A DNA stretch of 55,415 nucleotides from an uncultured Clostridia bacterium (GCA_944388745.1 CALXJZ010000002.1:1-55415), one strand, 5' to 3'. Counted from the stretch's first letter, positions 1 to 10,568 are shown. Numbers and translations: made by a program. The notes: a model not told the origin generated them from the sequence alone.

Positions 1-195
1 ACTCATATCAATTGAATATTCATCCATCATTACTCGTTTTGCTTCCCAGGTTGGTGTATCTCCATCTTCTGCATATACTCCACATGAATATACTTCTATA
101 TCTTTTATTTTTTTATCTTTTATTTTTTGCTTCAACAACCAATCTGCCATTGCACTTCTACATATGTTTCCTGTACATATGAACATTATTTTCAT
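1..195 (-). CDS. Low-molecular-weight protein-tyrosine phosphatase / ArsC-fold protein, N-terminal part (gene runs off the left edge)
   Basis: Not in the ORF track. Reverse translation from the ATG at 195 gives MKIMFICTGNICRSAMADWLL..., which contains the CX5R(S/T) P-loop signature CTGNICRS. An AGGAG lies upstream. Confidence 0.75.
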   Translation of the reverse strand, partial: MKIMFICTGNICRSAMADWLLKQKIKDKKIKDIEVYSCGVYAEDGDTPTWEAKRVMMDEYSIDMS

Positions 196-273
196 TTTAT
201 ACTACTCCTATCAATTTCATCTTTAATTATAACATTTATATTTTAACATTATATGTATTAATATTCAACCTTT

Positions 274-1025
274 TTATAACATCATTGCAAACAATCCTAT
301 TAAAAAGCCTAACATATTTCCGAACCGCTGACATTCTTCCCTTATATAAATTATTAGACTCTGGTATAAGTTCTCCTGATACTATATATAACATTGCGCC
401 AGCTGCAAAGCTTAAGCAAACTGCTATTATCTGCTCTGATATAGTTCCTATTATCGCTCCAAAAAAAGCTCCTACTCCCGTTGTTACTCCTGATAATATA
501 ACATAATAGATAACTTTTGATGGTTTCATTCCTCCATTTTTCATTGGTATTGCCATTGATATTCCTTCTGGTATATCATGTAAGCATATAGCTATTGCTA
601 AACTTAATCCTAATTTTATTGATGCACCAAATCCTGAACCTATTGCTAATCCTTCTGGAAAGTTATGTATTGCTAATCCTATTGATACAATTATTCCCGT
701 TGTCAATAATGTATTTTTAGTATTTCCTATCGAATTTATATTTTTTTCACTAAATTTTTTTTGAACTAATATATCACAAAATATCATTACAATTATCCCA
801 AATAATATGCCTAATATTACATTTATTATGCCACTTATATACATTGCTTCTGGTATTAAATCAAAACAGATTATTGCCATCATTAGTCCTGATGCAAATG
901 ACAATATGAAACTTAAGAATTTGTTTGAATTCTTTTTTATTATAATTCCTAAGATTCCGCCTAATGTTGTACCAAATGTTCCGGAAAAATAAACCTATCA
1001 AGGTTGTTTTTAATATTTCTTGCAT
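274..1025 (-). CDS. zupT: ZIP-family metal transporter (ZupT-like); reading frame interrupted twice, +1 at CGG-A each time
   Basis: The core ORF 236..904 carries the HNFPEGLAIG and HDIPEG ZIP motifs. An ATG at 1025 with AAGGAG 8 nt upstream encodes MQEILKTTLIGLFF and then leaves frame at ttc CGG a (981-983). The hydrophobic C-terminal TM (GNMLGFLIGLFAMML, stop at 274-276) is reached only by a second +1 at gtt CGG a (320-322). Removing 2 nt gives exactly 250 codons. Confidence 0.8.
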
Positions 1026-1179
1026 TATAAAAACTCCTTAAAATATACTTTATTTTAGTTTATTTTAAAGAGTTTTGGTTTATTACACTTATCTTCTTAA
1101 TACTTTTAATACTTTATTGAATATACTTTTTATAAATCCTTCCTTTTTTACTATCAGCAAACTATTATTTTTCAGTTAA

Positions 1180-2259
1180 TTATTTTATATCTTTATATTG
1201 TTTATTTTTTATATATAAAACACTTGCAATTATAATAAATAGTATTATTCCTACAATAATCATTAATGAACTTCCTGCTTTTGGAAGTATTCTTCCAGCT
1301 GTTGTATTATCATTATTTCTATTGACTTGATTATTTTGTGTATTTGTATCATTTTCATTTGGTGCTGTAATTTCTTGTTCTGTATATTTAAAAGTCCCTA
1401 ATCCTACTTTTCCATCATTTGTTACTTGTCCATTATATATTTCAATATCTTCTACATCATTATATGTACCATTTTCATTATCTAATATACTATATATAAA
1501 ATAATATTTTCCTTCTTCTATTGGATAATCTGCAACTATATTATAATCCAAAACTCCTGATTTAGTATCTTGAAAACTATCTTGCTTCAAATTTTGAACT
1601 TGTTGCTTTGCATATTCCATTAATTCATCATATGAATCTTTTCCTTCTTCACTTAATTTTTTCAATAATTCTGTATCTGTAACTTCTCCTACATAAAAAT
1701 TAATAGTTCTCTGTACATTATTATAACCCATAGTATTATGAGCATTTACCATAATATAGCAACTTGTATCACTATATGCTGATGTATAAATTGAAATCCT
1801 TTCTCCTAATGGTGGTAATTCTGGTGTTTCAATTTTTTTTGGACCATCAATTATTTCATAATCAAATCCATTTTTTGATTTTGCTACACACACATAATAT
1901 TGACCTGCTTTTTCAAATGGTGCATACGCTTTTACTCCATCCCTAGCTTCTAATGTTGTACCTTCCCATACTTCTGTCTCTGTATTATAAGATATACTAA
2001 AAGCTTTTCCAAATGTTGCTGCAAAATTAAGATCTTCAAGTTCATCTTCTTGACAAATTATAGCTCTATAATATTTATATTCACTATCATAATCTAAACC
2101 AGTTATTGTCAATTTATAAGATATTGCATCATTATATTCCGCTTTGTATGTAATATTTTCGTTAGTAGCTGAAACACAACCGGTAATTCCTATAGTAAAT
2201 AATATAAACAATAAAACTAATAAAATTTTCTTATGTATTCCCATTTTATTTTCCTCCAT
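1180..2259 (-). CDS. Cell-surface protein with an N-terminal lipobox-like signal peptide and a C-terminal LPxAG-type sorting signal
   Basis: The N-terminus reads ...LFTIGITGCVSA. The C-terminus is LPKAGS, then a hydrophobic stretch, then a KNKQYKDIK tail, preceded by an N/T/Q-rich linker. Confidence 0.6.
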   Translation of the reverse strand: MEENKMGIHKKILLVLLFILFTIGITGCVSATNENITYKAEYNDAISYKLTITGLDYDSEYKYYRAIICQEDELEDLNFAATFGKAFSISYNTETEVWEGTTLEARDGVKAYAPFEKAGQYYVCVAKSKNGFDYEIIDGPKKIETPELPPLGERISIYTSAYSDTSCYIMVNAHNTMGYNNVQRTINFYVGEVTDTELLKKLSEEGKDSYDELMEYAKQQVQNLKQDSFQDTKSGVLDYNIVADYPIEEGKYYFIYSILDNENGTYNDVEDIEIYNGQVTNDGKVGLGTFKYTEQEITAPNENDTNTQNNQVNRNNDNTTAGRILPKAGSSLMIIVGIILFIIIASVLYIKNKQYKDIK

Positions 2260-2304
2260 TAATAATTTATTTGAATTTTTCTACAGAACGTATGTCCGTC
2301 TGTA

Positions 2305-3094
2305 CTAATCTAGTACCTCTTCCATTATAAAATGCCCAACCCAAGAATCATCTCCATATCTATTTTTATACCAATAAGAATCATGTAATCTTTCTATTTC
2401 TGTATCCTCTAATAAAGAATCATATGCTAAAACAAAATTTCCTTTTGTATCAAATTCTAATATGTCGATATCTAAATGTAAAATATCAGTTGGAATTTGA
2501 TTTAATGTCGCTTTTAATTTTTCGTAAGCTTCTTGTGTTGTTTCATTACTCCATTTACCTGAAGCATTTGGATAAACCTCTTCATATGTAGAAGATATTT
2601 TATAAAATTTTTTACCTTGAATTAATTCATCTGTACTAAGCCTTATCCAATCATCTAATAGTCCTTCACCTTTTAATTTCTGTTTTATTGTTTTTTTCTA
2701 AATATACTGCCCAATTTTCATATGTCTCTTCATCTGGTTCAGTCCAAGTTAAATCAGCATACATAAACTTTAAATATTCTGAAGCTGCATCAATATATTC
2801 TTGATCAAGATTATCTACAAAATCGTCTATCATATATTCATCATCTCTAGCATTTTTCACCAATGTTTCTACATCTCCATTTTTTACTGCCTCTAGCAAG
2901 ATTTCTTCCTGTCTCCATAGTTCTTTAGCCATTTTTAGATAAGTATCATTTACGATATCTTGTTCATTTAAATAACTTGATGATTCTTTTTTAGCCTTAT
3001 TATTTATTCCAAAAACAATAGTTGTAATAATTACTATAAATATTATAATTATTAAAGCAATAATAATTTTTTTCTTATTTCCTTTCAATTTCAT
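2305..3094 (-). CDS. Membrane-anchored hypothetical protein; frame broken once (+1) near a T7/A7 run
   Basis: ORF 2666..3094 (single N-terminal TM) stops at ...EKNNKTEIKR*. The +1 frame continues without stops as ...GEGLLDDWIRLSTDELIQGKKFYK... to a TAG at 2305-2307. Total length minus 1 nt is 263 codons. Confidence 0.55.
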
Positions 3095-3280
3095 ATCCCC
3101 CTCTTTTCATAAATAAATTTATATCTAATATATGAAATCATTTTATACTGTTACACATAAAAAATTAAAATAATTTCATAGTTTCAATTAATAATCAAAT
3201 TTTATATTAATTAACAAAAAAATAAATATTTTTTATGTTTCTTGTTTATACTTTTATTTAAAATTATAAATAAAAAAATT

Positions 3281-3310
3281 GAGATAAAAAATCATTTAAT
3301 TTTCTATCTC
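3281..3310 (-). terminator. Rho-independent terminator downstream of prfA
   Basis: gagataaaaaat / attttctatctc forms a 12-bp stem with one mismatch, followed by a T-run on the minus strand. Confidence 0.55.
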
Positions 3311-3343
3311 ATAAAAAATCTTATTATATATTCATTTTTTATT

Positions 3344-4405
3344 TTATTCTTCCTCACCTTTTAATTTTTCTGCTCTATCTGCTGCAATCAAATTATCTAT
3401 CATTTCATCTAAATCACCATTTAAGAAATTCTCCATTTGATAAATACTCATACCAATTCTATGGTCTGTTATTCTTCCTTGAGGATAATTATATGTTCTT
3501 ATTTTTTCGCTTCTATCACCTGAACCTACTTGAGACTTTCTTGCATTTGAAATTTCACTATCTTGTTTTTGTTTTTCTATTTCATATAATTTAGTTCTAA
3601 GCATTCTCATAGCATTATCACGATTTTGGAATTGAGAACGTTCTGTTTGACATTCTACTACAATTCCTGTTGGCTCATGAATTAATCTAACTGCTGATGA
3701 AGTTTTATTAATATGTTGTCCTCCAGCACCAGATGAACGAAATACCTCCATTTTTATATCTGCTGGATTAATTTCAATTTCTACATCTTCTACAACTGGT
3801 AATACTGCAACTGTTGCTGTTGATGTATGAATCCTTCCACTACTTTCTGTGTCTGGTACCCTTTGCACTCTGTGTACACCACTTTCAAATTTTAATCTAC
3901 TATATACACCTTTACCAGTAATCATAAATGAAATCTCTTTATAACCACCAAGTCCTGTTTCATTTTCATTTAATACTTCTAATTTCCAATGTTTCTTCTC
4001 TGCATACATAGAATACATTCTAAATAAAGTCCCTGCAAATAAAGCTGCTTCTTCTCCTCCTGCTCCTGCTCTTATTTCACAAATAATATTCTTATCATCA
4101 TCTGGATCTTTTGGAATTAATAAAAATTTCAATTCTTCTTCAAGTTTTGGTAATTGTTCTTTTGCATCATAATATTCAGTTTCTGCTAATTCTTTCATCT
4201 CTGGATCGTGTAATAGTTCTTCTGCTTCTTCCATAGATTGTTTTACTTTTTTATATTCTCTAAATTTTAATACGACATCTTCTATACTTGCATGTTCTTT
4301 CATCAATTTTTGCCATTCTTCGTGGTTTGATATTACCTCTGGATCTGATATTAATTTTGTTAATTCCTCATATCTTTTTTCTACATTTTCTAATTTTTCA
4401 AACAT
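3344..4405 (-). CDS. prfA: Peptide chain release factor 1
   Basis: GGQ motif ([11 protein letters not shown]). RF1-type tripeptide region [17 protein letters not shown]. 353 aa. Confidence 0.9.
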   Translation of the reverse strand: MFEKLENVEKRYEELTKLISDPEVISNHEEWQKLMKEHASIEDVVLKFREYKKVKQSMEEAEELLHDPEMKELAETEYYDAKEQLPKLEEELKFLLIPKDPDDDKNIICEIRAGAGGEEAALFAGTLFRMYSMYAEKKHWKLEVLNENETGLGGYKEISFMITGKGVYSRLKFESGVHRVQRVPDTESSGRIHTSTATVAVLPVVEDVEIEINPADIKMEVFRSSGAGGQHINKTSSAVRLIHEPTGIVVECQTERSQFQNRDNAMRMLRTKLYEIEKQKQDSEISNARKSQVGSGDRSEKIRTYNYPQGRITDHRIGMSIYQMENFLNGDLDEMIDNLIAADRAEKLKGEEE

Positions 4406-4490
4406 ATTTTTCTCCTCTTCTCTTTAAATTGTCTTTTAATGCTTGAAATATTATACTATATTTTTCCACTTACTTCAAGTATTAAATGGC

Positions 4491-4520
4491 AAAAGACTAG
4501 AGTCTTAATTCTAGTCTTTT
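4491..4520 (-). terminator. Hairpin terminator after the YhaN-like gene
   Basis: aaaagactaga / tctagtctttt stem with an 8-nt loop. Confidence 0.5.
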
Positions 4521-4552
4521 ACTTTTTATATTATTTAAATCCATTTAATAAT

Positions 4553-6532
4553 TTACAAATTTATAATATTAAACTTTAATTGTAGTTCCTCTAACATTTC
4601 TTTTTCCCTGTTTGTACAACTAAAAATTAAAATTTGATGATTTCTACATTTTTCATTTAAAAATACTAATGCATTTTTTAATCTTTCATCATCATAATAT
4701 GCAAAAACTTCATCTAAAATAATTGGCATATTTTCTTCAGATAATTCTTCTACCATAGAAAGTCTTAATGACAAATATAATTGGTCAATTGTACCCACAC
4801 TTAATTTTGAAGCTGGCTCATAATTTCCATTATCAAGTTCTACTAATAATCCTTGTTCATCATTTGGTATAATATTAGCATATTTACCATTTGTAATCTT
4901 CGAAATTGTATTAGACAATTCTTGTGTAAACTTAGGGGTAACTGATTTTTTCATTTTTTCATAAGAATTTGTCAAAACTTCTTTTACCAATTCCATGCTA
5001 GAATTTAATTTTTTCAAAGTTAACATTTTGTTTTTATTGTCAACTAATTTTTCTTCTAAATTTGACAAATTTTCTAATTTTGGTTCTATATTTTTTTTGT
5101 CTAATTCTAAAGAATGTAATTCTATTTTTTTGTTATTTAAATTATTTTGTATTTTTTCTTTTTCTAAATTTATTTTTTCTAAATTTAAAAAATAATTTAT
5201 TTTATTTTTTTCTAATTTATTTAAATATTTATTTTTTATTTTTTCTTTTTCCAAATTTATTTTTAAATTAAAATTATTTTTTAATTTATTTATTTCATTT
5301 TCTAATTCGGAATTATTTTTTTCTATTAAATTAATCTCATTATTTAAATTATTTATTTCTAAATTTATTTTTTCTTCTATTATTTTATTATTTTTTTCTA
5401 TATTTTTTATTAATTTATTTTTATTTTTTATTAAAATAATCCAAAAAATTAAAAACGTTGGGACTGTAAGAAGAAAAATATATTTAAAAATATTATTTTT
5501 AATAAAAATAAATTGTAAAATATTTATTATTATTAAAATAAAAAATAATAAAATTAATTTTTTATTTAATTTATTTTTTTCATTTTTTATTTTTTGAATA
5601 TTTTTTATTTTATTTTTATTTTTTTCTTTTTCTTCAAAATTATTTTCTTCAAAAATATTTTTTTCATTATTTTTTATTTCATTAATTTTATTTTTTATCA
5701 AATTAATTTTTTCTATATTTTCTTTTTTTAAATTTTCTTTTAATTTAATTTTTTCTTTTTCAATTTTTTCATTTTCATTTAATAATTTTACTTCTTGTAA
5801 AAAATTATTTTCATTTTCTAAGTCATTTATTTCATCTTGTAATCTATTTCTTTTCTCTTCAATTTCATATTTTATGTCTACATATTTTTCAATTTCAGAT
5901 TTTTCGTTTTCTAAATTTTCAATTTTTCTTTGAATTACATTAATTGGCTTTTCCCTAGACTTTTGTGTCCCAACTTCATCTAATTGTCTTCTATTTAATC
6001 TATCAATTGCGCGTTTATATGACACATTATCTTCACCTGTTCCAACTAAATTTGCAATTTTTTGTATCAACACATTTTGTTCTTGTTTATGTAACTTAAC
6101 TTCTTGTTGATTTACAACTAATGTAGATAAAAACAAATCTTCATCTACTTTTGTTTGCTCATAAAAAAATTCATTTCCTTTTGTTTTATCTATTGAAAAT
6201 TCTTTTGATATATCTTCCATATTTTCATTAAATATTTTTGGGTTTTTCTTTTTGAAATCCCTAAATATCTCATATTTTTTATTATTATCTAATTCGTAAG
6301 TTATTTTGCCTGAAAAATCATCTCCTGACCATGGCTTATATCTTTCAAAATCAGAATATTCTTTTCCTTTTTTATTTTTAGAAATCCCATATAAAGAATT
6401 TATTATAAAATGTAATAATGTTGATTTTCCAGATTCATTTTCCCCATAAATTACATTTATATTATCTGAAAATAATATTTCTTTATTTTTCATTTTTCCA
6501 TAATTATTTATTTTTATATTTTTTATTTGCAT
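4553..6532 (-). CDS. SbcC/YhaN-like AAA ATPase with a long K/N/E/I-rich coiled coil
   Basis: N-terminal Walker A GENESGKST. C-terminal ABC/SMC-like signature and Walker B (IILDEVFAYYDD). A huge low-complexity coiled coil lies in between and contains two hydrophobic segments (LILLFFILIIINIL..., IFLLTVPTFLIFWIILI). Confidence 0.75.
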   Translation of the reverse strand: MQIKNIKINNYGKMKNKEILFSDNINVIYGENESGKSTLLHFIINSLYGISKNKKGKEYSDFERYKPWSGDDFSGKITYELDNNKKYEIFRDFKKKNPKIFNENMEDISKEFSIDKTKGNEFFYEQTKVDEDLFLSTLVVNQQEVKLHKQEQNVLIQKIANLVGTGEDNVSYKRAIDRLNRRQLDEVGTQKSREKPINVIQRKIENLENEKSEIEKYVDIKYEIEEKRNRLQDEINDLENENNFLQEVKLLNENEKIEKEKIKLKENLKKENIEKINLIKNKINEIKNNEKNIFEENNFEEKEKNKNKIKNIQKIKNEKNKLNKKLILLFFILIIINILQFIFIKNNIFKYIFLLTVPTFLIFWIILIKNKNKLIKNIEKNNKIIEEKINLEINNLNNEINLIEKNNSELENEINKLKNNFNLKINLEKEKIKNKYLNKLEKNKINYFLNLEKINLEKEKIQNNLNNKKIELHSLELDKKNIEPKLENLSNLEEKLVDNKNKMLTLKKLNSSMELVKEVLTNSYEKMKKSVTPKFTQELSNTISKITNGKYANIIPNDEQGLLVELDNGNYEPASKLSVGTIDQLYLSLRLSMVEELSEENMPIILDEVFAYYDDERLKNALVFLNEKCRNHQILIFSCTNREKEMLEELQLKFNIINL

Positions 6533-6830
6533 TATTTTATCACCTTTTTATTATTTAACTTTTATTTTTTTAATTAATTTTTTATTATTATTTGATAATT
6601 ATATTTTTAAATTATTTTTTTATTTTATTTTTAATTTAATTTTTTATTTGTTTTTTATTTAATTTATTTTGATTTTTTATAATAATTTAATTTCAAGAAA
6701 TACTAAGCAATACTTTTCTATATTAATCCATTTAGAATTATTATAATTTTTCTAGATTTTTTACAAGCTATTTTTGATACATTATCTCTATTTTTCTCTT
6801 AAAATATTTTTTTATCTCCTTATATCTTTT

Positions 6831-7916
6831 TTATTCTAATACATCTAAACCTATTTCTATTCCTTTTTCAATTATCTCTTTTTCTTCTTCATTAATATCT
6901 GGATTATTTAATTTTTCTTTCATTTCTTTTATAAATAGACCTCGTAATGTTGTTTCATTTGATAATTTATCTAAATCATATGCTATTTTTGTTTCATCTT
7001 TTATTTTAATAATCTTATTATTTAAAATTAATTTTAATAATTCATAAGTATTTATTTCAAAATTTCTACTACCTTTTAACTTAATTTCAATATATTCATT
7101 TTCTTTAATATTAAGTTCCATTATTTTTTCAATTAATTCTTCTTTTGAATTTATATCTGTTATCTCTAAATTAATTATTTTATATTCTTTTTCATCTAAA
7201 GGTACAAATTCAAGACTCAAATTTTCCCCTTCAAAATCTCCTACTATCATCCCATGTTGTCCTAATTCATCAAATCCAAGTGAAACAGTAGAACCTGGAT
7301 AAACTATATTTTGATTTTCCTCTGAATTATAATCTAATTTGTGTATATGTCCTAATGCGACATAGTCAAATCCTTTAGATTTTAAAATATTTTTCTTCAT
7401 AGGATTATATTTTCTATCCTCTACATTACTACTATCCAAAGCCCCATGAATTACTAATATATTTAATTTATCTTTATTTTCTATTTCTATATTTTCAACA
7501 CCACTATTTTCACAATAAAAATCAGTAAATCCATATCCATATATATTTACATTTTCGTTTTCTATTTTTTCTATTTTATCTGAAAATATTTTTACATTTT
7601 CATTCCAATTGAATTTTGTATAATATGAATTTTTTAAATATGGATCATGATTTCCTGTCGCTATATATATTTTTGTATTCGGAATTTCTTTAAATAATTT
7701 ATTTACATATTCAATCGTTGATTGTTTTATATATTTATGCTCATATAAATCTCCAGATATGAAAAGGTATTCAATATTATTATCTTTTATATATTCTATT
7801 ACCTTTTTTAATACTTTTCTTTGTTCTAATCTCCTTAATTCTCCCATAGAATCTCTATCTGAAAGATTTACAAATGGACTGTCAAAATGCATATCAGCTA
7901 TATGTACAAATTTCAT
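6831..7916 (-). CDS. SbcD/YhaO-like metallophosphoesterase (DNA repair exonuclease family)
   Basis: Calcineurin-like phosphoesterase motifs: HIADMHFD, GDLYE, GNHD, GHIH. It is paired with the SbcC-like ATPase downstream. Confidence 0.8.
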   Translation of the reverse strand: MKFVHIADMHFDSPFVNLSDRDSMGELRRLEQRKVLKKVIEYIKDNNIEYLFISGDLYEHKYIKQSTIEYVNKLFKEIPNTKIYIATGNHDPYLKNSYYTKFNWNENVKIFSDKIEKIENENVNIYGYGFTDFYCENSGVENIEIENKDKLNILVIHGALDSSNVEDRKYNPMKKNILKSKGFDYVALGHIHKLDYNSEENQNIVYPGSTVSLGFDELGQHGMIVGDFEGENLSLEFVPLDEKEYKIINLEITDINSKEELIEKIMELNIKENEYIEIKLKGSRNFEINTYELLKLILNNKIIKIKDETKIAYDLDKLSNETTLRGLFIKEMKEKLNNPDINEEEKEIIEKGIEIGLDVLE

Positions 7917-8116
7917 ATTTATTCGTCCCTTCCTAAATTATTATTTATTTTTTTGATTTTATAATATTTGCTAACTTTTTTCAAGTATTTAGGCGAAAAT
8001 ATTTTTGGTTTTTTGTCTTTTCTTTAAAAAACAAAAAAGCAATAAATTTTTATATTTTCTATAAAAACTCATTGCATTTTTTAATATTTTACATTTTGAA
8101 ACGATTTGGCACGTCC

Positions 8117-10226
8117 CTAATCATCCAATGGACCAAATAATTCATCAAATTTTGCTTCTAATTCCTTTTGCAAATCATATAATTCTTCATCATCATCTCC
8201 ACCTTGTGGTAATACTGGAGCTGAATCTTCAAAATCATTTAAGTCTAATGTTTGATTTTGTGGTTTTGCAGTATTTACTTGTGAATCGATTTTTGGACCC
8301 TGATTTACTTCACTTTCTATTTTTCCTAAATCTACTTTTAGTTCTTTTCCTGTACTTGTAGCAACACTTGTCTTTTCTTTAGGCTTTTCTTCAGTTTTAT
8401 TTGTTGATGATTCATCATCAAATAAATCATCTAAAGATTCTACTTTTAAGTTATCTACTTTTTCTTTATTTTCATCTTCTGGTACATATGGATTATATGG
8501 ATTGTATTTTCTCCATGTTCCTCTATCTATTTCTCCTATATCATTATGACTAATTTCACATGCAGCAAGTTTCTTTGCCATTGGATGTTTAAAATAGTAG
8601 AATTTTTTAGTTTTTACTGGTCTAATACCTTTTACAAAAATTATACAATCATCAATATCCATTCTTCTAAGTTCATCCGGTGTCATCAATGCTCTTGCCA
8701 TTACTTGGTCTGAAACACTTTTACCTGTTTTCCAGTTTTGTCTATCTCTATTTATTGATATACTATCTCTTTCTATTGTCTTTTCACCTAGTTGTTTTGA
8801 GAAATATTCCAATGTTTTATATGAGTTACTTCCTAAAAATAAGTGTGTATCGCAGTTACCCATAATTGTTTCATATGATTTTTCATATACCGCTTCTAAT
8901 TGGTCTACTGTTTGTAATATAACACTAAAAGATATTTTTCTACTTCTTGATGTAGAAATCTTTTTATCAAAGTCTGGTATTTTTCCTATATTTGCAAACT
9001 CATCCAATATGAAAAATGTTTGCTCTTTTAATTTTCCTCCATTTAAATCTGCATAATCATATAATTGTTGTATCATTTGTGAGAAAAATATTGTTAATAA
9101 GAAATCATATGCTGTATGTGTATCTGAAGAAATAACATATACTGCCGTTTTCTTATTTCCTATTTCTTCAAAATCAATTGTATCTGTTGATGTTAATTCC
9201 GCAATTTCCTTTGAATCAAATTTACCAAGTTTTGATTGCAAAGAACTTAGAATTGAACCATATGTTTTTTCTGGTGCTATTTCAATTGATTTGTAATACA
9301 TTCTTGCTGGATGGTCATATGGCAATTGACTAATAAGTTCTGTTAATAAGTTACTTCCACCATTATTATTAGCTGCTCTTACTAATTCTGCACAACTTGC
9401 TAAGTTTTGTTCTTCTTCTGGTCTTGTTGCTATTAAATAGTATATTAAAGCTTTTAATAGCATTTCAGCCATATCATCCCAATATGGATCTGATTTTCCA
9501 CTTTCTGATTGTTGTCCTTTTACTATTGTATTTGCAATAACGTCTACATCTAATTCTGATGATATATGCATTAATGGATTATATCCATCACTATATTGTG
9601 GATGCACTAGATTTAATACTTTGATATCATATCCATGTTCTTTTAAATATCCTGCCGTTCTATCATATAATTCTCCTTTAGGGTCTGTAAATACATATGA
9701 TCCTAAACATTGATACGCATTTGGAATTGAATATGATGCAGATTTACCAGAACCTGATCCGTCCAACTACTAGCACATTAACGTTTCCTCTTTTATCTAC
9801 TGGTAAGTAATTATCCTCTGCAAGTATTATTCCTTTATTTTTACTTAATATTTGATATTGTTCTCCTCTTTGACTCCAATCACTTGAACCATGCTCTATA
9901 TCTGTAAATTCATTTTTAGGAGCTGATTTAAATACTCCTACAAAGAAAAATAAAGCAAAAAATATTGTAAAAATGATTAAGTCTGAAAAAAACGTTCCAC
10001 CTGCACCTTCAGAAAATATTTTTCCTAATGTACTAAATGGACTTGTTATTGATGAACCAAATGTTGTAAAAAATGTTTCAAGTTCTAACTGCCCACTTAA
10101 TCCTGCAACATGTGAACTATATGCAAAAGGCGAAACAAATACTATGGTCAAAAATATCCATAGTATTGCACATATTATAAAATTAGTTCTATTTCTCCTT
10201 ATTGCACCCTCTATTTTATAATGCAT
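8117..10226 (-). CDS. Type IV secretion coupling protein (TraG/VirD4/TcpA family); frame broken once (+1 at CGG-A)
   Basis: N-terminal TM segments. Walker A is split across the break (NVLVVG | GSGSGKSAS). Other family motifs: FTDPKGE, FILDEFANIG, acidic C-terminal tail. ORFs 9744..10226 and 8117..9766 join after removing 1 nt, giving 703 codons. Confidence 0.85.
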
Positions 10227-10248
10227 TTAAATCACCTACTCTTTTGTA

Positions 10249-10554
10249 TTAATGAGTTATACCTTCATCTCTATCTTCTCTTGATTCTTCTCTTTCTTTT
10301 TGTATCCTCTTATACTCTTCTCTACTAATTGGTGGATACTCTATCCCGTTTTTTCCAACTCTATATATTTTTCCATCTTTTTCTATAAATTTATATGATG
10401 TTTCTATTTGAATCTTCATAAGATTTTCTTTTACATCTGTTGGAGCTATCCCTTCAACGCTTCTTTCAGGTGGAATTTCAACTCTACCTTTTTCATCTGG
10501 TACAGTTTGTCCTCCATATATTGTTGGATTATCACCCATTTCAAGTTTACTCAT
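10249..10554 (-). CDS. Hypothetical protein (coupling-protein operon)
   Basis: ORF with a GGAGG-type RBS, tightly packed between the neighbouring genes. No recognisable motif. Confidence 0.55.
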   Translation of the reverse strand: MSKLEMGDNPTIYGGQTVPDEKGRVEIPPERSVEGIAPTDVKENLMKIQIETSYKFIEKDGKIYRVGKNGIEYPPISREEYKRIQKEREESREDRDEGITH

Positions 10555-10568
10555 TTAGTTTTTCCTCC

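Noticed and set aside
285-992. Plus-strand ORFs 285..506 and 807..992 (and many similar ones: 1764..1946, 4995..5271, 7759..7956, 8128..8865, 9973..10221, 10408..10625, 11212..12078, 12161..12355, 14945..15181, 20368..20935, 21432..21898, 22920..23123, 26557..27954, 30169..30411, 30888..31211, 31683..32288, 34254..34619, 36124..36408, 37216..37404, 37692..37907, 38321..38820, 40573..43145 minus-strand set, 45700..45894, 47910..48158, 49188..49400, 51312..51500, 52720..53031)
   Set aside because: All lie antisense to, or out of frame within, genes with clear family motifs. Their products are low-complexity F/L/I/Y-rich strings typical of shadow ORFs in AT-rich DNA, and none has a convincing RBS.
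3344-4405. Stop-codon reassignment, considered because of the standalone prfA and the many broken frames
   Set aside because: TAA, TAG and TGA all terminate genes at homology-consistent ends: ddl ends at TGA, tadA and ybaB at TAG, and many others at TAA. The broken genes need frame changes, not read-through.
6533-6830. A missed coding region between the sbcD-like and sbcC-like genes
   Set aside because: Every frame on both strands is interrupted by frequent TAA/TAG stops.
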